From assembly GCA_964509735.1 (NCBI GenBank), contig CAZDYJ010000003.1:1-54223 (forward strand): 54,223 nucleotides of DNA, in the 5' to 3' direction. The stretch is from an uncultured Gammaproteobacteria bacterium (lineage in GTDB: Bacteria > Patescibacteriota > Patescibacteriia > Patescibacteriales > UBA12465). The notes beneath the pieces are model-generated. The model had not been told where the DNA came from and ran no database searches. It saw only the letters and a list, made by a program, of their open reading frames with translations. This document shows, piece by piece, positions 39,027 through 48,172 of the stretch (positions are counted from its first letter, which is position 1; every line of letters starts with the position of its first letter). Both the position numbers and the translations under genes were made by a program.

Positions 39027-40490
39027 TTATTTGTCTTTAAGAACTTTATAATAAAGTTCAATGTATTTATGAGCCGGAATCTCCCAGCTATTTGACTGCT
39101 TCATAACCTTCTTAAGTAAAGTCCGCCAAGCGTTTTTATGTTTAAAATTTTCTAGAGCTCTAATAACGGTAGCGAAAAATAAATTTGCGTCATCTGCTTT
39201 AAAAGTAAAACCGTTGCCGCGACGAGTACTGGGATTATAATTTTCAACTGTATCGTAAAGTCCTCCTATACTTCGAACAACTGGAATGCATCCATAACGC
39301 ATAGCGATTAACTGATTTATGCCGCAAGGTTCATGATTTGATGGTAAAAGAAATAAGTCACTACCAGCATATAACAAAGTTTCAATATTTTGATCAAAGG
39401 GGAGCCAAACTAATTTTTTAGGATATTTTTTAGCTAGTTTTTTTATAGGTTTTATATATTCATCATTACCATCTCCCATAAAAACAAGCTGGATATCAAA
39501 TTTCAATAAAGACTCAATTATCTTTAGTATTAAATTAAAACCTTTTTGAAAAGTTACTCGAGAAGTTGTGCAGAGAATTGGAATGTCTTCATCTTTTGGT
39601 AATCCAACTTTACTTTGTAAAAATAATTTATTAGCCTCTTTAGCTAAAAAACTATTTTCAAAAGAATAATTTCTATGTAGTCCGGGATCTTTTTCGGGGT
39701 TATAAGTATTATAATCAATGCCGTTTATTATTCCGAATAATTTATCTTCGCGATTACGTAAAATTCTATCTAAATCTTGTCCAAATTTTTTAGTCATTAT
39801 TTCTGACCTATAACGCTCAGAAACTGTATTAATGATGTCGGCTGATAAAATTGCTCTTTTAGCAAAGTTGATGTTTTCTATTTCAGGATTATCCATGTGT
39901 GGCAAGCGGCTACGTCCATAATCTTTTTTTTCTAACGGCACTTCCCACCAATTATGGCCAAATTGAAAAATTAAATTATGAATAGTAAAAACGCTTTTAG
40001 CCTTTTTTAGTGTCTTAGAATATCTAAAATCAGTTTTTAAATAAAAAGGAATAAGCCCTGTTTGCCAATCATGACAATGAACAATATCGGCTGAGAATTT
40101 TAAAAGAGAAATTAGTTTTAAAGCCGCCACATTAAAAGCCATGAAACGAGCATTTTCATTTTTGGAGCCATATAAATTACGCCGCTTGGAAAAAAACTTT
40201 GGATAATCAACAAAATAAACCGGTAAATCGTCCATTAAATAAGCCTTCCAAAAGCTAACTTTTATTTTTTCCCGACTATTAATTCTTAAAACAATATTTT
40301 CAAAAACCGGAATTAAACCGCGCTCTTTTATATCAATTATCTTTCCATAAAGAGGGGTAATAATTATAACATCATGTCCTATTCTTTTTTGTGCCTTAGG
40401 CAAGCTACGCGTCACATCGCCTAGCCCACCTGTTTTTGAAAAAGGTGCTACTTCTGAGGCAATATGAACTATTTTTAATTTTTTTGGCAT
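39027..40490 (-). CDS. glgA: Glycogen/starch synthase (GT5)
   Basis: N-terminal KTGGLGDV motif and GT-B C-terminal half; 487 aa. Confidence 0.9.
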   Translation of the reverse strand: MPKKLKIVHIASEVAPFSKTGGLGDVTRSLPKAQKRIGHDVIIITPLYGKIIDIKERGLIPVFENIVLRINSREKIKVSFWKAYLMDDLPVYFVDYPKFFSKRRNLYGSKNENARFMAFNVAALKLISLLKFSADIVHCHDWQTGLIPFYLKTDFRYSKTLKKAKSVFTIHNLIFQFGHNWWEVPLEKKDYGRSRLPHMDNPEIENINFAKRAILSADIINTVSERYRSEIMTKKFGQDLDRILRNREDKLFGIINGIDYNTYNPEKDPGLHRNYSFENSFLAKEANKLFLQSKVGLPKDEDIPILCTTSRVTFQKGFNLILKIIESLLKFDIQLVFMGDGNDEYIKPIKKLAKKYPKKLVWLPFDQNIETLLYAGSDLFLLPSNHEPCGINQLIAMRYGCIPVVRSIGGLYDTVENYNPSTRRGNGFTFKADDANLFFATVIRALENFKHKNAWRTLLKKVMKQSNSWEIPAHKYIELYYKVLKDK

Positions 40491-40966
40491 AAATTTTTAT
40501 TATTTAAAGCACAAATAGCAACTGCTAAAGCGTCCGCAGCATCATCAGGTTGAGGTATTTTATCAAGTTTTAAAACTAATTTAACCATTTTTTGCACCTG
40601 CTCTTTTGTCGCTTTTCCATAAGAAGTAATTCCTTGTTTTACTTGAGAAGGGCTAAATTCTAAACAATTTATCTTATTCTTTTTAATGGCTAAAAGTATT
40701 ACGCCTCGAGCCTGTCCGACAATCAAAGCTGTTTTTACATTTTTATTAAAAAATAATTGTTCTATTCCTACTACGTCTGGTTTATGTTTTTTTATTATTT
40801 TATCAAGTAAGTTAAAAAGTTGTTCAAGGCGAACAGAAAATTCTTCCGTAGAACTGGTTTTTATGGACCCATAATCTAGACATTTTATAAATCCTTTTTC
40901 TTCTTCAATAATTCCATAACCAGTATCAGCAATACCGGGATCTAAACCTAAAACAATTTTAGACAT
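40475..40966 (-). CDS. ruvC: Holliday junction resolvase RuvC
   Basis: LGLDPGIADTGYGII, IEQLFF and DDAADALAVA. Overlaps the glgA start by 16 nt. Confidence 0.92.
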   Translation of the reverse strand: MSKIVLGLDPGIADTGYGIIEEEKGFIKCLDYGSIKTSSTEEFSVRLEQLFNLLDKIIKKHKPDVVGIEQLFFNKNVKTALIVGQARGVILLAIKKNKINCLEFSPSQVKQGITSYGKATKEQVQKMVKLVLKLDKIPQPDDAADALAVAICALNNKNLCQKN

Positions 40967-40972
40967 AATCGT

Positions 40973-41686
40973 TTAAGCTAAATTCGTATAATAATCACTA
41001 ACATCTTCATTGTCTTCTAATTCGGAAAGCAAGCGATCAATTTTTTCATTTTCCTCATCAGATAAATTTATTTTATCCTTAGCCACATATTCAATTTCAG
41101 CTGACTCTATCTTTAAAGACTTATCAATTAAAAATTTTTCTGTTTCTTGTAAGTCTTTTACTTCTGTAAAAATAGTTATACCTTCGACTTCTTTTTTAAA
41201 ATCAACCACATTCTTATCAATTAATTCTAATTCTAAATCGTCGATAGAAACATTTTTTAAATCTTCGGTTAAAATTCTAATAACTCCTAATTGAGAAAAA
41301 TTCCATAAAACAGAAGACAAGGCTCCGCCATTTTTTGTAAAAGTATGTCTAACTGAAGACCCGCTACGATTTTTATTGTCAGTTAAACATTTAACAACAA
41401 TTTGAATATTTGGCGGAACAATTCCTTCGTAATAAATTTCTTCAATCTGATCTCCTTGTAATTCACCTGTTCCCTTTTTTATAGCTCTTTCTATATTATC
41501 TTTAGGCATGCTCACACTTTTTGCCCGATCAATGGCTACTCTAAGACTTGGATTAGCGTCTGGATCGCCACTTATTTTAGCAGCCACGCTAATAGCGTTA
41601 GCTAGTTTTGTAAAAATTGCTCCTCTTTTTGCATCAACAACGGCTTTTTGGCGATGAGTTGTCGCCCATTTTGAGTGTCCTGACAT
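40973..41686 (-). CDS. yebC: YebC/PmpR family transcriptional regulator
   Basis: Starts MSGHSKWATTHRQK, giving 237 aa. The 340-aa track ORF carries an implausible low-complexity N-terminal extension that overlaps the divergent gene. Confidence 0.9.
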   Translation of the reverse strand: MSGHSKWATTHRQKAVVDAKRGAIFTKLANAISVAAKISGDPDANPSLRVAIDRAKSVSMPKDNIERAIKKGTGELQGDQIEEIYYEGIVPPNIQIVVKCLTDNKNRSGSSVRHTFTKNGGALSSVLWNFSQLGVIRILTEDLKNVSIDDLELELIDKNVVDFKKEVEGITIFTEVKDLQETEKFLIDKSLKIESAEIEYVAKDKINLSDEENEKIDRLLSELEDNEDVSDYYTNLA

Positions 41687-41789
41687 ATCAAAAATCATTA
41701 TTTTTATAATAGACAAAAATTGACGTTTTTTTATACGCCCTTTGTTTTTAGGATAACCCGAATTGAAATAAAAATCAAGATAGATTATA

Positions 41790-42716
41790 ATGAAAAATAT
41801 GAAAATCAATAAAAAAAAGATAGAAAATCTAAATGAAGTCGTTTTAAAAGCTTTAGATTTTTTTAGTAAAAATCCTCCAAAAAACTTTAAAACATCTTCT
41901 TTTAAATTTCCCCTGGTAATTGGCAGTGGAAATGCTATCAATGCCGGAAAATTAATCTTTGGCGAGCAGGCTGCTTTATTTGCCACTGAAAGCAATTTTA
42001 AAGAAATATTAAAAAACTACCAAGAATTATTTCATAAAAAAATAATAAAAGAAGCTGTTGTTATATCAGCCTCTGGAGAAAAAGATTCTGTCTGGGAAAT
42101 AGAATTAGCCAAAAAAATTGGATTAAAAACCAGTCTTTTAACTTGTTCTAAAAATTCTAGTGCAGGAAAAATAGCTGACAAAACTTTTATTTTCGAAAAA
42201 TTACCAGAACCTTATACTTATAATGTTTCAACTTATTTAGGTATGATTTTAGCCGCTAAAGGAGAAAAGGCGGAAAATATTAAAAAGTTTATAAAAGCTT
42301 TAAAAATTCCTAATAATTTTTCCAGCTTTGCAGCCTATTCTTTTATATTACCAGATAAATTCGCCGCCTTAGCGCCAATGATAGATATAAAAAGACATGA
42401 ATTATTTGGCCCCAGACTTTCTTTAAGAGCTTTTAGTGAAGGCGAAGCTCGCCATGCTAAATTTGTAATAGATTGGGATAAAGAATTAATTATAAGTTTT
42501 GGCAAAAATAAATATTTTGGAGAACAAAACAGAAAATGGGAAATAAACTTAAACAAAAATTATGACCAAGCTTTTATGATGGCTTTAAGTTATTATATAG
42601 TTGGCTTAATTCAAGAAACAAAAAATCCTTATTTTAAAAAAAATATTGCAAGTTATTGCCAGAAAGGTCCAAAAGCTTATGGACAAAAAGGTGAATTTCA
42701 GATTATAGTCGAATAA
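41790..42716 (+). CDS. Hypothetical protein, possibly SIS (sugar isomerase/phosphosugar-binding)-like
   Basis: VVISASGEKDS plus a GLKTSLLTCS pattern resembles an SIS fold. Weak, motif-level only. Confidence 0.4.
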   Translation: MKNMKINKKKIENLNEVVLKALDFFSKNPPKNFKTSSFKFPLVIGSGNAINAGKLIFGEQAALFATESNFKEILKNYQELFHKKIIKEAVVISASGEKDSVWEIELAKKIGLKTSLLTCSKNSSAGKIADKTFIFEKLPEPYTYNVSTYLGMILAAKGEKAENIKKFIKALKIPNNFSSFAAYSFILPDKFAALAPMIDIKRHELFGPRLSLRAFSEGEARHAKFVIDWDKELIISFGKNKYFGEQNRKWEINLNKNYDQAFMMALSYYIVGLIQETKNPYFKKNIASYCQKGPKAYGQKGEFQIIVE

Positions 42717-42792
42717 AAGAAAATAAAGAAATAAGTATATCGAAAATTCTTTTAAACAAAAATTTAAAAAAATATCCATTGAGGGAGGCTTA

Positions 42793-44118
42793 TTGCTAGT
42801 TAAATTCTTATCTCTTTTTGGAAAAACATCATCCATCATTATAAAAATGTTGGCTTTTTTATCTAGAAAGTTTTTTAAATTTTTATTTTATAATTCTTTA
42901 GTAAAAATTTATTACACAATTTTTAGAATAAAAAGAAACGATTTAGAGGGAAAGCCCTTAAAATTATTTTTAAAAAAAGAAATTAGTGGATTAATTGTTT
43001 TTGCTGTAGCATTTTTTCTAATAATCTCTAACGTTTTTACAGCCCAAGAGAGCGTTCAAGCTGCCAACAATAAACTATCAAAAACAACAGTGGCTAGCTT
43101 AATTGCTTCTGACTTTGATACTGGCATAGAAGAAGAATTAATTGAAGAATTTTTAACTCCAAGTATACTAGGGGCAGCGAAACAAAAAAGCTTAGAAAAA
43201 GATTATCAAGTTGCAGAAAAAAATGACTTAAAAATAGAAGATAATGATAGTTCTTCGGAAGTATTTTTAAGCCTTAATGAAGCTGGGGATTTAGTTTTTA
43301 AACCAAAAAACGTTACAGAGGAAAATAAACAAAACAGCTCAAGTCAAAGAACTGAAATAGAAAAATATATAGTTCAGCCTGGCGATACAGTTTCTACAAT
43401 TGCTGGTCGTTTTGGAATTACAATAAATACTGTTCTTTGGGCTAATAATTTAGGAAATTATAGCATTATTAAACCTGGTCAAGAGCTTACCATCTTGCCT
43501 TATAGTGGAATTATTTATAAAGTAAAGTCGGGTGATACTTTGTCAAAAATAGCTAACACCTATAAAATTAACGACACCGACATATCTGAAAAAAATAACA
43601 TTGATATTAATTTGGGCCTAAAAATAGGTCAGGAATTAATTCTTCCTGGGGCTAGTCGTATAGTAGCTGCTGCTCCAGTTAGAGTAAATCCTGCTAGCAC
43701 CCCAAATACAACGAGCTCGGTTAATAAAGTTCCAAACACTCAATCAAGTGGAGATAATATGGCCTGGCCAACAGAGGGTCATAGGATTTCACAGTATTTT
43801 ACCTGGAGTCATAATGGCTTAGACATCGCTAATAAGGTTGGCACTCCTATTTACGCTGCTGAGGCTGGCACAATTGAAATATCTGCCACGGGTTGGAATG
43901 GTGGATATGGTAACACTCTTTTAATTAATCATGGAAACGGCAAAAAAACTCGATATGGACACTTAACTTCTCTTTATGTAAAAGTAGGTGATAAGGTTAC
44001 TAAAGGAGAAAACATTGGAACCATGGGTTCAACTGGAAGATCAACTGGTTCACATTTACATTTTGAAGTTATTATAAATGGAGCAAGGTACAATCCTTTA
44101 AATTACATTAAATATTAA
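42793..44118 (+). CDS. LysM-domain M23 family metallopeptidase (peptidoglycan endopeptidase)
   Basis: TM anchor, two LysM repeats (YIVQPGDTVSTIAGRFG; YKVKSGDTLSKIANTYK), and M23 motifs HNGLDIA and GSHLHFEV. Start is TTG at 42793 (GGAGG at 42784-42788) or ATG at 42847. Confidence 0.85.
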   Translation: MLVKFLSLFGKTSSIIIKMLAFLSRKFFKFLFYNSLVKIYYTIFRIKRNDLEGKPLKLFLKKEISGLIVFAVAFFLIISNVFTAQESVQAANNKLSKTTVASLIASDFDTGIEEELIEEFLTPSILGAAKQKSLEKDYQVAEKNDLKIEDNDSSSEVFLSLNEAGDLVFKPKNVTEENKQNSSSQRTEIEKYIVQPGDTVSTIAGRFGITINTVLWANNLGNYSIIKPGQELTILPYSGIIYKVKSGDTLSKIANTYKINDTDISEKNNIDINLGLKIGQELILPGASRIVAAAPVRVNPASTPNTTSSVNKVPNTQSSGDNMAWPTEGHRISQYFTWSHNGLDIANKVGTPIYAAEAGTIEISATGWNGGYGNTLLINHGNGKKTRYGHLTSLYVKVGDKVTKGENIGTMGSTGRSTGSHLHFEVIINGARYNPLNYIKY

Positions 44119-44122
44119 AATT

Positions 44123-44374
44123 ATGAGCATCGTCTTGGGATTACTTATATTTGCCATTGGCATTTTACTTGTTTTAAAGTCGGATTGGTTTTTAAATAAC
44201 TTCGGAAGAATATCTTGGTTTGAAGAGGTTTTTGGCTCATCAGGAGGATCCCGTCTTGGTTATAAATTAATTGGTTTTGTTTTTATATTTATAGGAATAA
44301 TTTTTATGACTGGTTCGGGAAATAGTTTTATGACTTGGCTGCTAGGACCTCTTATGAAATATAACCAAGTTTAA
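44123..44374 (+). CDS. Small membrane protein (83 aa), hypothetical
   Basis: Two hydrophobic helices. Lies 4 nt after the M23 peptidase gene. Confidence 0.5.
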   Translation: MSIVLGLLIFAIGILLVLKSDWFLNNFGRISWFEEVFGSSGGSRLGYKLIGFVFIFIGIIFMTGSGNSFMTWLLGPLMKYNQV

Positions 44375-44377
44375 GTC

Positions 44378-44406
44378 TTGACCATTAATAAATTTATTGC
44401 TAATCT
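44378..44406 (+). promoter_or_regulatory. Candidate sigma70 promoter for tRNA-Ala
   Basis: TTGACC (44378-44383), 17 nt spacer, then TAATCT (44401-44406). The tRNA 5' end lies 16 nt downstream. Confidence 0.4.
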
Positions 44407-44422
44407 TTTCTTGTTAGAAACA

Positions 44423-44496
44423 GGGCCCCTAGCTCAGCTGGTTAGAGCACCTGCTTTGCAAGCAGGGGGTCAAGGGTTCGAATCCCTTGGGGTCCA
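44423..44496 (+). tRNA. tRNA-Ala (anticodon UGC), CCA not encoded
   Basis: Hand-folded cloverleaf: acceptor GGGCCCC/GGGGUCC with the G3:U70 alanine identity pair, anticodon loop TTTGCAA, and T-loop GGTTCGAATCC. Confidence 0.95.
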
Positions 44497-44506
44497 CTAA
44501 CAAACA

Positions 44507-44540
44507 ATCACCCAAATTTATTTGGGTGATTTTTGTTTTT
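44507..44540 (+). terminator. Rho-independent terminator after tRNA-Ala
   Basis: Stem ATCACCCAAA / TTTGGGTGAT with loop TTTA, followed by TTTTTGTTTTT. Confidence 0.7.
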
Positions 44541-44563
44541 ATCAAGACTAATTATTTTTTAAA

Positions 44564-44597
44564 TAAAAAAAAGACGGTATTTTTTAAACCGCCTTTT
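44564..44597 (-). terminator. Possible terminator downstream of the HD/dGTPase-like gene
   Basis: Minus strand GGCGGT...ACCGTC stem (one G-U pair) followed by a T8-9 run. The stem is short. Confidence 0.4.
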
Positions 44598-44607
44598 AAC
44601 AAAGAAC

Positions 44608-45720
44608 TTAGTATTCAGATAGCCGGTGAAATAGAAAATCTTTTTTTTCTAAGTCAGGACTAAAAACCTCAATTGGTGAATTTTTTAAATCTAAGGACTT
44701 TAAGATTTCCCAAAAGCCCTCTTTTTCAAAATCCTCTAAGCTTTTTACTCCTCTTTTTTTCCATGACAATTTTTTTGCTTCGCTATCGGTTAAAATAGCC
44801 AGGGCTAGAAATTTGTCATTAATTCCAAGAGAAAAATCCTCCGTAAAAAACTCACCAATTTCCGCTAACTCAGACAACAATCTCTGTCTATTATCTTCGC
44901 CGTCTAAAACCAAGTATAAATTTCTATACATCCAGTCTCTTAATTGATAGAAATTATTTGCCTCGGGGCTAGTCGAAAAAGAAAGTTTTCCTAAAGAAGC
45001 ACTTTCTGAAACAAGAGCGTAAATTGTTTTAGCTAAACGCTCTCTTTGATTTGATCCAAAAAATTTTACAGATTTAGGAAGACCTTCTTCCTTTAAATGA
45101 CCAAGTCGAAGAGCGTCGTTTACATCGGAAAAAGTGTAAGCTATTTTATCAGCTAACATAACCAGAGAAGCTTCGGCGCTAACACCATTATTAATGCTTG
45201 CCTCAGCGCCACCTCGAGAATGATTTAAAATCCCCTCTAAAGTTTCAAAAGAAAGATTAAGTCCTAAACCTTTTCTTTCAACTTTTTGAGCAGTAACAAC
45301 GCCCATGACCGCATGGGAGAATTTTTTACCACTCAAATAGCTCAAACTTCTTTCGCCAAGATGTCCATAAGGTGTGTGTCCTATATCATGTCCTAAAGCT
45401 ATTGCTTGAGCTAAATCAGAATTTAGTCCAAGTATTTCAGCCATAAAATACGACAAAGAGACAACTTCGTTCGTATGAATTAAACGATTGCGAACGTGGG
45501 CAGTCGAATTAACTGGAAAAACTTGAGTTTTATCTCCCAATCGACGAAAAGCCTTGCTTTGTCTAATTTTTTCAACATCAAGTTTAAAAGGGTTAAACAT
45601 GTTGCCAAAAAAAGAAATTTCCTCATCATCTTCAAAACGACGACCGAGAGTTTCTTCATTTTTAAAAGCTAAATGCTTTAAACAGCCTTGAAATTCACGA
45701 AAAGAATTTTTTTCTCTCAT
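44608..45720 (-). CDS. dgt: dGTP triphosphohydrolase-like HD-domain protein
   Basis: HD motifs RLIHTNEV and LGHDIGHTPYGH, with a later LADKIAY; 370 aa. Confidence 0.8.
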   Translation of the reverse strand: MREKNSFREFQGCLKHLAFKNEETLGRRFEDDEEISFFGNMFNPFKLDVEKIRQSKAFRRLGDKTQVFPVNSTAHVRNRLIHTNEVVSLSYFMAEILGLNSDLAQAIALGHDIGHTPYGHLGERSLSYLSGKKFSHAVMGVVTAQKVERKGLGLNLSFETLEGILNHSRGGAEASINNGVSAEASLVMLADKIAYTFSDVNDALRLGHLKEEGLPKSVKFFGSNQRERLAKTIYALVSESASLGKLSFSTSPEANNFYQLRDWMYRNLYLVLDGEDNRQRLLSELAEIGEFFTEDFSLGINDKFLALAILTDSEAKKLSWKKRGVKSLEDFEKEGFWEILKSLDLKNSPIEVFSPDLEKKDFLFHRLSEY

Positions 45721-45878
45721 TTTATTTAGTTTTAATTATCAGTTTTTAAAGAACAAAAAATCATTTTATTAAAGCATTTTACTTAAAAAAAGTCAAAGCT
45801 TAAAAAATAGAGCCGCTCTTTTCTTTTGTTTTTTAATAGATTATAATAAATAAAGATATAAAAATTAATAAAAATTAT

Positions 45879-46478
45879 ATGATGGGCATGTTTAAAATGA
45901 ATAGAAGAGAAAATCCTTCAGTTCAAAAAGCTATGGAAGAAAAAAATGAAAAAGAAAAAATGGCGTCAATAGCAAAAATTAACGCCATATCTTATCAAAA
46001 TATTATTCTAAGAGCACAGGAAATTTTAAATGACGAAGACAATCAAAAACTTGACGAAATGGTTGGTAATAAAAATTTTGACAAAGAGATGTTGTCTTTT
46101 TTACAAGAAAAGATTCCTAATTTTTCTGAAATAATAAAAGAAGAAGTTATGAAAACACAAAATAATTTAGAAAATGAAATGCAAGAGCTTGAAAAAGTGG
46201 AAACAGAAAGTATCTTAAAAATTGGTGGCATGGCCTTAGAAGGAACAATAAATAATATCCTGGGAATTTTAGAGGGAGAGGAAAAAGAAAGTTTCAAAAA
46301 AATGCTAGACAAGGGAGATGAAAAAGAAGTTTACAATTATATTGAAGAAAACTTTCCTAACATGCTAAATAATAAAATTGAGGACACAAAAAATGATTTT
46401 AATTTTTTAGACGATGAAATTGAAAAAAATTTAGCAAAATTAGAAGCCGAAGAAAAAGCTAAAAAACAGGTTGAATAA
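45879..46478 (+). CDS. Acidic coiled-coil protein with an internal ~40-aa duplication, hypothetical
   Basis: E/K/N-rich, with no TM segment. Two related modules: NDEDNQKLDEMVGNKNFDKEMLSFLQEKIPNFSEIIKEE and EGEEKESFKKMLDKGDEKEVYNYIEENFPNMLNNKIED. Confidence 0.5.
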   Translation: MMGMFKMNRRENPSVQKAMEEKNEKEKMASIAKINAISYQNIILRAQEILNDEDNQKLDEMVGNKNFDKEMLSFLQEKIPNFSEIIKEEVMKTQNNLENEMQELEKVETESILKIGGMALEGTINNILGILEGEEKESFKKMLDKGDEKEVYNYIEENFPNMLNNKIEDTKNDFNFLDDEIEKNLAKLEAEEKAKKQVE

Positions 46479-46689
46479 AAAATCCATGGAAAATAGTAAT
46501 CATTCTTATCAGGAAAAAGATAATGAAAATAAAATAGAAAAAATTAACAAGATAAAAAATTATCTTGAAGATTTAAATTTAAGATTGAATAGCGTACTAT
46601 TAGAAAGTCAAGGAAAAATGAAAGAAGTGGTGGAAAAAAAAGAAGCGGAAAAAATAAATCAACTGTTAGAAGATTTAAAAAACATGTAA
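46471..46689 (+). CDS. Small charged hypothetical protein (72 aa from TTG, or 67 aa from ATG at 46486)
   Basis: ORF only. Overlaps or abuts the preceding gene. Predicted helical and charged. Confidence 0.35.
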   Translation: MNKKSMENSNHSYQEKDNENKIEKINKIKNYLEDLNLRLNSVLLESQGKMKEVVEKKEAEKINQLLEDLKNM

Positions 46690-46698
46690 TTTAAACAT

Positions 46699-47952
46699 AT
46701 GGATTACGAACAAGATAAAAATAAACAAGAGTCTTCTCAGGAAGGACTTGAAAGTAAAATTGAAGAAAATCCTTTTAACCCAGAAAAGCCTTTATCGGAG
46801 ATTAAAGAAGTTGCTTTAGAAAAAGGTGAAGAAAAAATTGAAAAAAGCTCGGCTGAGTTAGAGTTTAATTTGGAAAATTTTTCTGGAGCAGTTGGTAATG
46901 AAGATTTTTTAGTAGCTGAAATGGAAAGCATTAAATCTGAAGCAGAGGAGAAAATAAATGAAGTGGGTAATGAATTTAAAAAAAATGTAAATGAAGTAGC
47001 TGATACTGATATAGAAAATAAAGAAGATAAAACGGAAAAAAGCACTGCGGAAATAAAATCTGAATCTATAGAAAAAGCTCAAAATACAAAAAAAGAAATA
47101 ATTAATTTATATAAAGAACTAAAAAAAACAAAAGATTTAGGAGAGAAGGAAAAAATAAGCTCAGAAATAAAAGAAAAAGAAGGGTCTTTAAATGAAATAA
47201 AAAAAGAATACTTGGTTGCTTCTGGTGAAGAAATTTCTAAAGCTATTTTTGAAGAAGTAAAAGCTAACCCAGAAAATAGATCTTTAATAAAACTTAAAGC
47301 TCAAATTAAAGCGTTGGAAGAAATGAATGAAAAAATGGAATCCGGAACTATTAGCGCCGAAGATCATCATGCTTCTAAAAGTTTTATAGCAAAAATAGGT
47401 AAATATTTACCAAAAAACAAACTTGCTCAAGCTGCTTTAGTGGCTGGAGTTGTTTCTGTTGGCGCTATAGCCGCTAGCGGTGGTTTTTCGGCTGGACTAA
47501 GTCTTTATTTAGGCACAAAAATAGCTACAAAAATGGGCAGATCAATAGCTGGAGTTTTGGTTGGTGAAAAAATCGTTGATTTAATAGGAAAAGGCATTGA
47601 CAAATCCCAGGAAAAAAGAGAAGATAAACTGTTGTCAGAAAATTTAGATAGTTCCTTGGATAAAATAGTAGAAATTCACAATGAAAAAATAAAAACCAAG
47701 CAAAAATCTGAAAAAATTAAGAAATACACAAAAATAGGAGCTCATGTTCTTTTTGCTGGCACTTTAATGGGCGGACTCGAAGTAGCTGAGGCTGGCTTAA
47801 AGGGAGCAGTTAATTTAGCAGGTAGCGGAAGTATGTTTGCCGAAGTTTTCTCACATAGCGTTAAATACGCAGGACTTGATATCGGTGGTGATAAATTAAT
47901 TCACAAATCTGTCCATGCTCACGAACACTTAGAACACAAAAAAGCAGCTTAA
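46699..47952 (+). CDS. Hypothetical protein: acidic coiled-coil N-terminal half, Gly/Ala-rich membrane C-terminal half, His-rich tail
   Basis: 417 aa. Hydrophobic segments LAQAALVAGVVSVGAIAASGGFSAGLSLYLG and IGAHVLFAGTLMGGL. C-terminus HKSVHAHEHLEHKK. Confidence 0.55.
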   Translation: MDYEQDKNKQESSQEGLESKIEENPFNPEKPLSEIKEVALEKGEEKIEKSSAELEFNLENFSGAVGNEDFLVAEMESIKSEAEEKINEVGNEFKKNVNEVADTDIENKEDKTEKSTAEIKSESIEKAQNTKKEIINLYKELKKTKDLGEKEKISSEIKEKEGSLNEIKKEYLVASGEEISKAIFEEVKANPENRSLIKLKAQIKALEEMNEKMESGTISAEDHHASKSFIAKIGKYLPKNKLAQAALVAGVVSVGAIAASGGFSAGLSLYLGTKIATKMGRSIAGVLVGEKIVDLIGKGIDKSQEKREDKLLSENLDSSLDKIVEIHNEKIKTKQKSEKIKKYTKIGAHVLFAGTLMGGLEVAEAGLKGAVNLAGSGSMFAEVFSHSVKYAGLDIGGDKLIHKSVHAHEHLEHKKAA

Positions 47953-47984
47953 AAAAATATTAATCTATAAAAAAGGAGGTTGTG

Positions 47985-48080
47985 ATGTTGTACATTCTGA
48001 TAGCAGTGGGGGTTTTTCTTTTAGCAGTCTTAATTGCTTGTATTCAAGACCCAAGAAGAAAAAAAACCAAAAAAACCTAG
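47985..48080 (+). CDS. Possible 31-aa single-pass membrane peptide with a strong Shine-Dalgarno (below the ORF track cutoff)
   Basis: AAAGGAGG (GGAGG at 47975-47979) lies 5 nt before the ATG. Product MLYILIAVGVFLLAVLIACIQDPRRKKTKKT. Followed by a terminator. Confidence 0.4.
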   Translation: MLYILIAVGVFLLAVLIACIQDPRRKKTKKT

Positions 48081-48094
48081 TAAACAAGTGAAAC

Positions 48095-48128
48095 AAAAAG
48101 CCGTTAAAAAAACGGCTTTTTTTCTTTT
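48095..48128 (+). terminator. Rho-independent terminator ending the 45879-48080 cluster
   Basis: Stem AAAGCCGTT / AACGGCTTT with an A5 loop, followed by a T-rich run. Confidence 0.7.
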
Positions 48129-48172
48129 AACTTGTTTTTGCTTAGTAGTCTTAAAAATGATAAAATTAAATC

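Noticed and set aside
41687-41995. The 340-aa version of the YebC ORF, with a hydrophobic, repetitive N-terminal extension.
   Set aside because: YebC family proteins begin at MSGHSKW. The extension overlaps the divergent 41790 gene and its promoter region and has a junk-like composition.
44423-48130. A tRNA-Ala-adjacent genomic island containing the dgt-like gene and the orphan cluster.
   Set aside because: I saw no integrase or recombinase gene and no duplicated tRNA 3' fragment (att-like direct repeat) by eye. There is no obvious compositional break either. The idea is left open only as a codon-usage test in the cluster finding.
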